DNA of 64,000 nucleotides from Syntrophales bacterium (GTDB lineage: Bacteria > Desulfobacterota > Syntrophia > Syntrophales > UBA2210): positions 1,600,001 through 1,664,000 of the forward strand of contig CAXXNF010000002.1 of NCBI GenBank assembly GCA_963666365.2. The letters are read 5' to 3'. Every line of letters starts with the position of its first letter. Positions within the stretch are counted from its first letter, which is position 1. The position numbers and the translations under genes are program-made. This document shows positions 38,310 to 47,932 of this stretch, piece by piece. The notes below the pieces were generated by a model. The model ran no database searches, had not been told where the DNA came from, and saw nothing but the letters and a program-made list of their open reading frames with translations.

Positions 38310-40310
38310 ATGACATCTAATCAAAGATCATCCGTAAGGACAAGCGGCCACCCCGTGCTCCTTGGCACTATGCGGACAAAAAACAAGGTAGTAACGGCGG
38401 AAGAAGCCATTCAGCTGATCAATGACGGGGATACGGTCGCAACAAGCGGATTTTGCGGAAGCGCCTTTGCCGAAGAACTTGCGATCATGATCGAAGAGAC
38501 ATTCTTGAAAACCGGACATCCACGGGACTTAACCCTGATTTTTGCAGCCGGCCAGGGAGATGGCGGCGACAGAGGCCTCAATCACTTTGCCCGTGAAGGT
38601 CTCTTAAAGGGGTTTATAGGGGGGCACATGGGCCTTACCCCTAAACTGGGGAGAATGGCAACGGAAAACAAGATCATCGCCTACAATCTGCCTCAGGGAG
38701 TCATATCTCACATGTACAGAGATATCGCAGCCCATAAGCCAAGAACAATCACGAAAGTTGGGCTGGGAACATTTGTAGACCCGAGGAATGGCGGGGGAAA
38801 GGTAAATGATCTTACTAAAGATGAAATCGTGGAACTTGTCGAGTTTGATGGTATAGAGTATCTTGCCTATAAGCTCCGACCCATAAATGTCGGGCTTGTA
38901 CGAGGTACGACGGCCGATACCGACGGCAATATCACCATGGAAAGAGAGGCGTTGACCCTGGAAAACCTTTCCATTGCAACCTCCGTAAAAAATTCGAACG
39001 GCATTTTGATCGTACAGGTTGAAAGAATTGCCGAGAAGGGGACATTGGATGCCAGGCAAGTGAAGATACCGGGAATTATGGTGGATTGCGTAGTGGTGTC
39101 TCATCCGGAAAACCACTGGCAGACATTTGCAGAAATCTATAATCCTTCTTTCAGTTGCGAAACAAAAATTCCCCTGCAATCCATGCCTCCCATGGATATG
39201 GACGCGAGAAAGATCATCGCCCGCAGGGCGGCCTGCGAACTGAAGGCCAACGACATTGTCAACCTGGGAATCGGCATGCCCGAGGGGGTTGCCAATGTAG
39301 CCAACGAGGAAAAAATCCTTAATTATTTTACCCTTACCGCGGAGCCGGGCGTGATCGGGGGAGTGCCCGCAGGCGGATTGAACTTTGGCGCCGCCACCAA
39401 CACCGATTGTCTTATCGATCAGCCCTATCAATTCGATTTCTACGACGGCGGCGGTCTGGATATCACCTGCCTCGGCATGGCGGAAACAGACAAGGACGGC
39501 AACGTCAATGTGAGCAAGTTCGGCCCGAGGCTCGCGGGATGCGGAGGATTCATCAACATCAGCCAGACTGCCAAAAAATGCATATTCGTGGGGACCTTTA
39601 CGGCGGGGGGGCTGAAAGTGTCCGTAGACGATCACAAGCTTATCATTGATCAGGAAGGCAGAACAAAAAAGTTTGTCAATCAGGTCGAACATATGACCTT
39701 CGGCGGCAGGTACAGTGCCGAGCAGGGTCAGTATGTACGCTACGTGACCGAGAGGTGCGTCTTCTCGCTCACCAGTGCGGGAATGGAACTGATCGAAATT
39801 GCGCCGGGCATCGATCTTGAAAAAGATATTCTTGCGCTCATGGACTTTAAGCCCATAATAAAAAAATTGGCGCTGATGGATGAAAGGATCTTCTCTCCGG
39901 AACCGATGGGCCTTGAAAACGATCTTCTGAGCATACCGCTGGAAGAACGGCTCACCTATTATCCGGAAGAAAACCTCTTCTTCGTAAACTTTGAGGGATA
40001 TCACGTAAAATCCAGCCAGCAAATCCAGGATATCGATCGGGCAGTGCGGACCATCCTCGAACCGGTGGGTAAAAGGGTCTATACGATCGTCAATTACGAC
40101 AATTTCAACATCCTGCCGGATCTCATCGATGAATACACGGAACTCGTCAAGTATATAGTGGAAAAATTCTATGTCAACACAACGCGGTACACTACCAGCG
40201 CATTTGCGCGAATGAAACTGGGAGAGGCGCTTGCGGAAAAGAAGTTGATACCCCATATGTATGAGAGTAGAAAAGAAGCGGAAAAGGCGTTAAAAACAGC
40301 CGATTGTTAA
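38310..40310 (+). CDS. Family I acyl-CoA:acetate/propionate CoA-transferase (YdiF/Pct-type) with extra C-terminal domain
   Basis: AAGQGDG, YNLPQG, GLGTFVDPR, NLGIGMPE, TAEPG (catalytic Glu), GCGGFINISQ, YVTERCVF. Confidence 0.92.
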   Translation: MTSNQRSSVRTSGHPVLLGTMRTKNKVVTAEEAIQLINDGDTVATSGFCGSAFAEELAIMIEETFLKTGHPRDLTLIFAAGQGDGGDRGLNHFAREGLLKGFIGGHMGLTPKLGRMATENKIIAYNLPQGVISHMYRDIAAHKPRTITKVGLGTFVDPRNGGGKVNDLTKDEIVELVEFDGIEYLAYKLRPINVGLVRGTTADTDGNITMEREALTLENLSIATSVKNSNGILIVQVERIAEKGTLDARQVKIPGIMVDCVVVSHPENHWQTFAEIYNPSFSCETKIPLQSMPPMDMDARKIIARRAACELKANDIVNLGIGMPEGVANVANEEKILNYFTLTAEPGVIGGVPAGGLNFGAATNTDCLIDQPYQFDFYDGGGLDITCLGMAETDKDGNVNVSKFGPRLAGCGGFINISQTAKKCIFVGTFTAGGLKVSVDDHKLIIDQEGRTKKFVNQVEHMTFGGRYSAEQGQYVRYVTERCVFSLTSAGMELIEIAPGIDLEKDILALMDFKPIIKKLALMDERIFSPEPMGLENDLLSIPLEERLTYYPEENLFFVNFEGYHVKSSQQIQDIDRAVRTILEPVGKRVYTIVNYDNFNILPDLIDEYTELVKYIVEKFYVNTTRYTTSAFARMKLGEALAEKKLIPHMYESRKEAEKALKTADC

Positions 40311-40328
40311 AAAAACAGGCAGCACGTT

Positions 40329-40523
40329 ACGAGATCTTTGCATAATTGCGAATACGGTCATTGAGAGGAGCAACGCGACTCGGCAATCTCTTTCATTATC
40401 AGTATGTTCATCCCGACCGCAGGCGGTCGGGATGAATGGGGCCGCGCCTTTCGCCGCGGCCCCATTATGAGATTGTTTCACTTCGCTCGCAATGACAATG
40501 TAGGGAGTATGCAACGTTCTCGT
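40329..40523. repeat. Nested palindromic repeat composite
   Basis: Outer arms 14/16 complementary, middle GTCATTG..G/CTCGCAATGAC arms, two inner perfect hairpins. Confidence 0.8.
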
Positions 40524-40589
40524 TATTTAGAATGAAGTGGGTTGTGTCGCCGTTCCACAAATTAGAACAGATAAGAAAGGAGACCTGAA

Positions 40590-41105
40590 ATGGCACTTAA
40601 GATAAAGAAGATTCTTTACGCAACGGATTTGTCACTGAATTCCGCTTACGCCTTTCGTTTCGCCGCGGATCTCGCAAAAAACCACAAAGCGGAAATAATT
40701 CTTCTCCATGTTGTTGAAAAACTCCCTCCTTCGCAAGAAGCATTGGTTAAATACTATATCGAAGATAAGGACCCGCGGCATTACGAGAAACTCATAGTAG
40801 ATTCGATAGCGCGTGCGAAAAAACGAATAGAAGTGTTCAGGAACAGGGAACTTTTAGAACATCCGGAAGTAATCAGTGAACATACCCACATAGAAGTAAT
40901 AGAAGGCTATCCTGCCATCGAGATTTTAGAGAAAGTCAAACAGTATGAATGTGATGTCATTGTCATGGGAACCCACGGCAAAGGATTCCTCAGCCACTCC
41001 CTGCTGGGAAGCGTGGCGGAAAGAGTCATGCGAAGGACCGACAAGCCGGTTACGATCGTTCCCCTGCCGGAGGGGAAAACGGATCTGTCAATTCCCGAAT
41101 TCTAA
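40590..41105 (+). CDS. Universal stress protein (UspA family)
   Basis: KILYATDLS, DVIVMGTHGKG, LLGSVAERV. Confidence 0.94.
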   Translation: MALKIKKILYATDLSLNSAYAFRFAADLAKNHKAEIILLHVVEKLPPSQEALVKYYIEDKDPRHYEKLIVDSIARAKKRIEVFRNRELLEHPEVISEHTHIEVIEGYPAIEILEKVKQYECDVIVMGTHGKGFLSHSLLGSVAERVMRRTDKPVTIVPLPEGKTDLSIPEF

Positions 41106-41134
41106 GAGCTCGGGGTTGCGTTATCAATTATATC

Positions 41135-41148
41135 ATCATCCAGATGAT
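41135..41148 (-). promoter_or_regulatory. Candidate bacterial SECIS hairpin
   Basis: AUCAUCUGGAUGAU stem-loop starting 17 nt downstream of the in-frame UGA at 41166-41168. Confidence 0.5.
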
Positions 41149-41576
41149 TAGGTGCCGGGGAACAGTCAGGTGTTGATCCCTTCCGCGACAAGACTTTCAT
41201 CCTGGTTTCTTATTCGCCATTTGTAGGTGATCAAACCGCCGCCTCGTTTGGATGCTTTTTTTGCGATCGGTTCAACCTCGGCCGAAATTCGATCGCCCGG
41301 CACTACCGGGGTCTTGAATGAAATGTCGGTGGCACCCGACCATACCGCATCGGCCAAGAATCCCTGCTTCGCCATTAAGCCCATCATACAGGCGATGAGA
41401 TACGCTCCCGGCGTCACCCGATCTTTAAAACCCCAGCCCCGTGCAAAATCCGCATTTAGAAATCCCGGAAGATCCATTCCCGACATCTGGGCCACCATAT
41501 CAATTTCCGTTCCTGTAATCGGCTTGGTCAAATTGGATTTATACACCCTGCCTTCTTCAATCTCGTCATACCGCAT
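41148..41576 (-). CDS. MaoC-like hotdog-fold protein, putative selenoprotein (ends 41166 if TGA is a stop; 41148 with Sec read-through)
   Basis: RVTPG, FKTPVVPGD, NQD hotdog motifs; AGGAGG RBS; ...AEGINT-TGA-LFPGT-TAA. The fold call is firm; Sec is inferred. Confidence 0.8.
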
Positions 41577-41677
41577 AAGAACACCTCCTTTTTAATTTGA
41601 TTGCCTGAATTCGATTTAATTGATCGTTCATGTCACGGATTTTATGCGTTCATTTATTTTTCTAAATCTTCTTTTCC

Positions 41678-42175
41678 GATATTGTCAACTATTTTGTGTG
41701 AAATTTATTTCTGCCAATTTTTTTAATGACGTCAGGTCCTCAGGCACCTTGCAACTGGGATTTGATCTCCAATGGACTTCCATCTTCAAACATACAAACG
41801 TAAGGAGCATATAGCAGGACCGTTCGCCGGCAAAGATCTCCATCGGCTTTGTCCTGCGTTTACACTCTTTGTTGACCCCTTCGATGACATTGGTCGTACG
41901 CAGGCATAACCATTTATCTTCCGGGAATTGTAAATAGGTGAGGCATGATTCCAACAAGTTTTCGAGACATTTTACCACAGATGGAATCTCTTGTTCCCAG
42001 GTATCCTTAAACTGTTCAAAGAATTCAAGGGCTTTTGCCTTTCAGGATACGTAAAACATGGAACGAACTTCATCCCCAATTTGCTCTTTCAGTTTTTTCG
42101 GAACCTTTGCCAATATGTTCCGCGCCACGTGGACCTGGCACTGCTGGGTCTTGGCTTTCGGAAACTCCTCTTTAT
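41678..42175 (-). mobile_element. IS256-family transposase remnant (C-terminal half plus right end)
   Basis: EEFPKAKTQQCQVHVARN (CxxH), in-frame TGA, LRTTNVIE...KRRTK; terminus GATATTGTCAACTATTTTGTGTGAA. Confidence 0.85.
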
Positions 42176-42864
42176 GGATGATTTCCCTGTACCCAGAAGA
42201 ACGTCCATCGCCCGGTAGAGATGCTGAAGATCAATCGGTTCAGGATTTCCCAAAGCAACATCTTCTCGGATCCAATCCTCAACACCGCCTTTGGAGTCGG
42301 GCGCCAAAGCCCGATTGGCCGTCATGGAAAGGCCGCCCACTCCACCGGCAACGTAAAGGACCTTCCCTTCAGACAATCTTTCAGAACCGCATGAAGGCTC
42401 AACCTCTCCCATAGTGAACGCAGAAGGTAGGCGCCGCCCTTCGGCACGCTTTTGAGGAAGGTCTGTGGAACGGTTTCCCCTTAGGAGATAGCCCGCGTCT
42501 GAATGGCCACTTCCGAGGAGAAAAAACGGCAAAGGCTTCGGGGCAATCTCTTGATTGCCGTCACATCCAGATCATCGGATCGGCCAAAGGTGTGTAGAAC
42601 GTTTGCCTTGGGCTGACCCGACTTGGAATCGCGGACATTGTGGGTGAGCTGAACGTAGGTCACGGTGGAGCCGTCTTTGTTTTTCCGGGACATCGTTCTT
42701 ACGTACATGTCTACTCCAATAACGTGCACGACCAGCGCCTTCAAGTAATAAAATCATATTCGCATCCCTACTCGTTTTTCGGTTTTTCGGATGTCAGACC
42801 AATGAATTTCAATAACTTGCGACGCCCAAAAGGCTAAAATATATTTACAATTGTCGAACCCGGG
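42176..42864 (-). mobile_element. IS1634-family-like transposase remnant (N-terminal part, frameshifted, plus left end)
   Basis: MYVRTMSRKNKDGSTVTYVQLTHNVRD..., ANRALAPDSK...QHLYRAMD in another frame; end-like TGTCGAACCCGGG. Confidence 0.75.
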
Positions 42865-43342
42865 AGGCCGTTCTTCTCCCGTGCAGAGAGCGGCCTTTTT
42901 TTCATCTCGGCAGACCGCAGGCGCGATGACGCAATGTAACCCGCACCCGAGTGACAATCGATATTTCACTATAAAAAAAAGTTCTCCTACCGCTATCAAT
43001 GTATAATCTGGCATGATGTACTTTTATACATTCAAAAAAGATAATGCCTGTACAAGATAATGCTTGACTTTCAAACTCGGTAAAGGCACGGTAACCGAAT
43101 AGTGGTGGGGCCTTGGAATCTTTGCAGAATCGCACAAAATCATGAATTTTGTCATACCGGCAGATCCGGGATCAAGGCCGCAAGGCATCTAGTGTTTTCA
43201 GTTGCTTTCGGGTTTCTTGTTACTCCGGAATTGACGGAAAAGGAATCCAGGCAACGGTCTCTCTGTGATGCCTGTTCTTTCACGTGTCTATTTTCTTTTG
43301 GCTGCCTTTCAGCCATTTTTCCTGTAAAGGTAAGGGATATCG

Positions 43343-43732
43343 ATGAGTTCCAAAGAAGAAACACCACGTGACAACAAAAAAATCCACAAAAATAGAATCA
43401 AAGGGCTGCCGATTCTGAAAACCGCCGAAAGCATTTTCGCGGAAAAGGGCTTTTACGAGGCAATCATCGCCGACATCGCACGAGAGGCTCATGTTTCAGA
43501 AGCAACGATGTATGAGTGTTTCGGTTCAAAGAAGGATCTGCTTTTTTCCATTCCTGCGGAAGCAATCAGTCAATCTCATCAGAAAAGCAAGGAGATACTC
43601 GAATACCTCGTTGGATCGGCACACAAGCTTTCGACACTGATCTGCCGTCACCTGCGCATCTATATGGACAATCCCGACTGCGCCAATGTATTTTCATTAA
43701 AGATCGAGCATATACAAAAAACGACACCCTAA
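43343..43732 (+). pseudogene. Truncated/degenerate TetR-family regulator
   Basis: AESIFAEKGFYEAIIADIAREAHVSEATMYECFGSKKDLL HTH; only 129 aa, ligand domain cut short. Confidence 0.65.
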
Positions 43733-43849
43733 AGTGACGTTCTATCTGAAGGGTGGAGGGAGGTGATAGCTTTACATAAGCAATCCGAAAGACTCGACGA
43801 CATCTATAACAAACCGTAAACGGGAACACTTACTCTAAGGAGGGATATC

Positions 43850-45073
43850 ATGAAACAAACCGCACGCTATGCAGTTGTTGTTATGTCAGTATGTGCCTTG
43901 ACGGTTTTCGGAATGGGGTTCTTGGGGGGCGCCCTTTCCACCGCATCGGCAGACACCATTCATATCGGCTTTTCCGGTCCCCTGAGCGGCGGCGCCGCCA
44001 AGTACGGGAACAACTGCCTGACAGGGCTCAAGATTGCCGTCGAGGATGTCAACAAAAAAGGGGGCATCACGGTGGGCGGCAAGAAATACGACCTCGAGCT
44101 GACCGCCTACGACGACATGTACAAACCGGCCAATACCATCGCCAATGTACGAAGGATGATATCGAAAAATAAGCCCATCGCCGTATATTGCCCGCACTCG
44201 GGCGGCATTCTGGCACTTGAAAAAATTAATGAGAAAGAAGGTTTCATTATCAGCGGGTACACCACCAATATTGCCATCATCAGCCAGGGAAACAAGCTCG
44301 TCTTTTCCGTCCCCGCCCGCGGGGATTTGGCCTATGGAGTCGAGCTGGTAAAGAGGGCAAGAGATTTCGGCTCAAAACTCGCCCACTTGACAGGCACCCA
44401 CGAAGCCGGGGTTGCCTGGACCAAAATCGCCGACGAGGCATGGAAGAAGAACGGCGGAGAGGTGATCGCAAAGGATTCGGTCAATTATATGGGTGTGACC
44501 GACTTTTATCCTTACCTCACCAAAATTCTTAATGAAAAACCGGATGTCATCAATCTGTACGGGCCATCCGAACCGACGGCCATGATTGTCAACCAGGCCC
44601 GCGAGCTTGGGTTCAAGGGTGGGTTCCTTCTGGGAGATCAGATCAAACTGGATGAAATGGCGAAATTTGCTAGCATGGAAAACCTCAACAATTCCATAGG
44701 AGTGTGTCCCTTTGACATGCGGCCGCTCCCCCTCGCCCAGGCCTTCGGCACCCGCCTGAAAAAACTCTACGGCGAGGATTATGTCCCCACCTACGAGTCC
44801 GCCGCTCATTATGAAGTCGTCTGGCTTATTGTGAAGGCCATTGAAAAGGCCCAGAACAAAGATGATCCTTATAAAATTTTTGCCGAAATTCAGAATGTGC
44901 TGCCTGTCGGCGAGTACGCCACGACCATGCGGGACGGCATCGGCCCCCACGGAGAACTGCTCGGCGTCACCTTTGGTATGGCGGTGAAAAACAACAAGTT
45001 TACCGAACCGATCGCTCTGATCTGGGGCAAGGAATTCTATCCTCCGGGAAAAACATCGGCCTGGAAAGAGTAA
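43850..45073 (+). CDS. Branched-chain amino acid-type ABC substrate-binding protein
   Basis: Signal peptide, IHIGFSGPLSG, VNKKGGI, QARELGFKG. Confidence 0.92.
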   Translation: MKQTARYAVVVMSVCALTVFGMGFLGGALSTASADTIHIGFSGPLSGGAAKYGNNCLTGLKIAVEDVNKKGGITVGGKKYDLELTAYDDMYKPANTIANVRRMISKNKPIAVYCPHSGGILALEKINEKEGFIISGYTTNIAIISQGNKLVFSVPARGDLAYGVELVKRARDFGSKLAHLTGTHEAGVAWTKIADEAWKKNGGEVIAKDSVNYMGVTDFYPYLTKILNEKPDVINLYGPSEPTAMIVNQARELGFKGGFLLGDQIKLDEMAKFASMENLNNSIGVCPFDMRPLPLAQAFGTRLKKLYGEDYVPTYESAAHYEVVWLIVKAIEKAQNKDDPYKIFAEIQNVLPVGEYATTMRDGIGPHGELLGVTFGMAVKNNKFTEPIALIWGKEFYPPGKTSAWKE

Positions 45074-45135
45074 CATTACGCAACATTACCGGGAATTTTT
45101 ACACAGATACCCGGGGGACTCGATAGAGCATGACA

Positions 45136-45181
45136 CATATCGAGACGATGATCACACTGCGCCGGTTATCGTCTCGATATG
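45136..45181. other. Intercistronic stem-loop after the binding-protein gene
   Basis: CATATCGAGACGATGAT ... GTTATCGTCTCGATATG. Confidence 0.6.
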
Positions 45182-45313
45182 ACGCTCGCGATCTCACGGC
45201 ATCTTCAAATACTCCATTCAGCAGAGTGAAACAAAGAGGCCTTCAAGAGTCGGGACAGGAGGTCCGGAAAAGAGAACGGAGCAGTTCCTGAAGAAAAATG
45301 GAGGAGTCTAATC

Positions 45314-46177
45314 GTGTCGCTATTCATGCAACAAATTTTAAACGGAATCATGGTTGGCAGCATCTACTCCCTGGTGGCCCTCGGTTTGACCCTGGAATAC
45401 GGCATACTCAACATCCCTAATTTTGCCCACGGGGTTCTCTATACCGTGGGGGCCTACATCGCCTTTCTCTGCGTTATGTCATTGGGATTTAATTACTGGA
45501 TAGCCATACTCTGCGCCATGGCCGTCCTCGCAGTTATCGGGATCATCATGCATCGCCTGGTATATCATCCCCTTGTCAAAGCGCCTCACTTGAATTCCTT
45601 CATTGCCGCCATTGGACTGATTTTCATGTTCAAAGCGGGAATGCTGATTATCTGGGGATCCGATTTCAAGAGGTTCTCCAATATCAACGAAGGCGTATTC
45701 AACATTGCAGGCACCATCATCACCACGCAACGCATCGTTATCGTCGTGGTGGCGGTGGCGCTTATCGTTCTGCTCAATCTGTTCATCAAAAAAACAATGA
45801 TGGGCGCCACGATAGAGGCTCTTGCCCAGGATCGCGAAGGCGCCCTGCTTGTGGGAATCAACGTAAACCGGGTCGAAACAATGGTATTCGCCGTAGGGTC
45901 GGCCCTGGCGGCGGTCGCCGCGGCCCTGATCGCTCCCATATTTCTTGTCTACAATACAATGGGCGACGCAGTTATATTAAAGGCCTTTGTCATTATTATT
46001 CTGGGAGGCATGGGGAGCATCCCCGGGGCAATCATCGGCGGATACATGATCGGTCTGGTGGAAAGCCTCGGCGGCGCTTACGTAAGCACCGATTTCAATG
46101 AAATCATCGCCTTCGGCATTCTGATTGCCGTGCTTGCCTTCAAACCTACCGGACTGTTCGGAGCGAGGTCACACTGA
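45314..46177 (+). CDS. livH: Branched-chain amino acid ABC permease
   Basis: YSLVALGLTL, NFAHG, ILGGMGSIPGA, KPTGLFG. Confidence 0.92.
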   Translation: MSLFMQQILNGIMVGSIYSLVALGLTLEYGILNIPNFAHGVLYTVGAYIAFLCVMSLGFNYWIAILCAMAVLAVIGIIMHRLVYHPLVKAPHLNSFIAAIGLIFMFKAGMLIIWGSDFKRFSNINEGVFNIAGTIITTQRIVIVVVAVALIVLLNLFIKKTMMGATIEALAQDREGALLVGINVNRVETMVFAVGSALAAVAAALIAPIFLVYNTMGDAVILKAFVIIILGGMGSIPGAIIGGYMIGLVESLGGAYVSTDFNEIIAFGILIAVLAFKPTGLFGARSH

Positions 46178-47157
46178 TGAATATGCGAGAAAACATACAT
46201 TCAATAAAATGGTGGCTCTATGTCCTCCTCCTTGCGGCTTCATTGGCGCTGCCGCTTGTAGTGAAGGACAGGTATATTCTTCATATAGTCATTCTCATCT
46301 GCATCTGGGGAATCTCGGCGCAGTCCATGAATCTCATCATGGGCTACACCGGGCAGGCCAATCTGGCCCTGGGGGGGTTTTTCGGGATAGGGGCCTATGC
46401 CACTGCCCTCCTCATGCTCAAGGTGGGGATAAACTTCTGGCCCGCCCTTCTTCTGGGAGCACTGCTTACGGCCCTGATCGGATTTCTGATCGGCCTCCCC
46501 ACACTCAGAACCAAGGGATCCTATTTTGCCATCGGCACACTCTGCTTCAACGTCATCGTCTTTATTGCCGTTGAGCGGTGGGAATCCCTGACGGAGGGCG
46601 CCCGCGGCGTCATGGGCATCCCGGGGCCGTCACCGATTCCCCTCCCCTTCGGGTTTTCCCTTTCTTTTGAGTCACTCCCGGCGATGTACTTTCTGGTCCT
46701 TGCCTTTCTGCTGTTAACAATTCTCGTTATATACCGCGTCGTCCGCTCGCTCGTGGGAAGAAGCCTTATGGCGGTAAGAGAAAATGAGGATCTGTCAAAC
46801 TCGATCGGGATCAATACAATGAAAGCGAAATTGCTGGCCTTCGTACTCAGCACCTTTCTTGTGGGTATCGCCGGAGGATTGTATGCCGTCTACATCGGCT
46901 TTCTTGATCCGGAAATCACCAGCCATCATGTAACCTTCGAAGTGCTCCTCTTTGTCGTACTCGGAGGAATCGGCACTATATGGGGGCCACTGGTCGGTGC
47001 GATCGTGATCACCATTCTCGGCGAATTGCTCCACTATCTCGATGCCTACCGCCTGGTCGTCTACGGTCTGATGCTGGTGCTGTTTATCATATTTCTTCCT
47101 GAGGGAATCGTAGGCGGACTGCGCAATTTGTGGGCAAAGGCAACCCAGAAAGCATAG
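46177..47157 (+). CDS. livM: Branched-chain amino acid ABC permease
   Basis: GYTGQ, YFAIGTL, GRSLMAVRENE, VVLGGIGT, PEGIVG. Confidence 0.92.
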   Translation: MNMRENIHSIKWWLYVLLLAASLALPLVVKDRYILHIVILICIWGISAQSMNLIMGYTGQANLALGGFFGIGAYATALLMLKVGINFWPALLLGALLTALIGFLIGLPTLRTKGSYFAIGTLCFNVIVFIAVERWESLTEGARGVMGIPGPSPIPLPFGFSLSFESLPAMYFLVLAFLLLTILVIYRVVRSLVGRSLMAVRENEDLSNSIGINTMKAKLLAFVLSTFLVGIAGGLYAVYIGFLDPEITSHHVTFEVLLFVVLGGIGTIWGPLVGAIVITILGELLHYLDAYRLVVYGLMLVLFIIFLPEGIVGGLRNLWAKATQKA

Positions 47158-47170
47158 ATGAGGAGCAGCC

Positions 47171-47932
47171 ATGTTAGAAACACGACAGGTATCTAAATAT
47201 TTTGGTGGACTGGCGGCGGTCAGCGATATGAGTTTTTCCATCGAGCGGGGTCAGATTGTCAGTGTGATCGGCCCGAACGGCTCCGGAAAGACAACCCTTT
47301 TCAACCTTATCACGGGGGTGCATCAACCGACGGGCGGCAAAATTTTTGCCGGCGGAAAAGAAATTACCCATCTGAAACCCTTTCAGATCGCCCAACGGGG
47401 AATTGCACGCACCTTCCAGCACACAACGGTATATTCACAAAAAACGGTCCTGGACAACCTGATCATCGGGTACCGTCTCAGGACCAGGTCGGGACTTATG
47501 GGCGTTCTTTTCGGAACTGCACGCGCACAGAAAGAAGAACGTGAAAGTGTCCACAACGCCCGTGAAGTCGCCGCATTTATAGGCCTCGAAGCAAAACTGG
47601 AGAAAGTGGCAGACCTCCTGACCCAGGAAGAACAAAAACGACTTGCCATCGGTCTCGCCCTCGCCACCCGGCCGCAATTGCTCCTGCTCGACGAACCGAC
47701 GGGGGGCGTTACGGATCAGGAAATCGGCGCGCTGATGGACTTGATCGGCAGAATCAAGGATTCGGGTATCACGTTGTGCCTTATTGAGCATAAAATGCGG
47801 GTGGTGATGAGCATCTCCGATCGGGTGGTGGTGCTCAATTACGGCAAGAAAATCGCCGAAGGCACACCCGATGAAGTGAGTAGGAACCGGGAGGTTATCG
47901 AAGCCTATCTTGGGGAGGGATACCATGCTTAA
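47171..47932 (+). CDS. livG: ABC ATP-binding protein
   Basis: GPNGSGKTT, GIARTFQ, LLLDEP, VIEAYLG. Confidence 0.93.
   Translation: MLETRQVSKYFGGLAAVSDMSFSIERGQIVSVIGPNGSGKTTLFNLITGVHQPTGGKIFAGGKEITHLKPFQIAQRGIARTFQHTTVYSQKTVLDNLIIGYRLRTRSGLMGVLFGTARAQKEERESVHNAREVAAFIGLEAKLEKVADLLTQEEQKRLAIGLALATRPQLLLLDEPTGGVTDQEIGALMDLIGRIKDSGITLCLIEHKMRVVMSISDRVVVLNYGKKIAEGTPDEVSRNREVIEAYLGEGYHA

Noticed and set aside
38604..40256. 550-aa minus-strand ORF
   Set aside because: Antisense shadow of the CoA-transferase
42040..42046. In-frame TGA in the IS256 fragment as recoding
   Set aside because: The element is truncated and degenerate; no reason to invoke read-through
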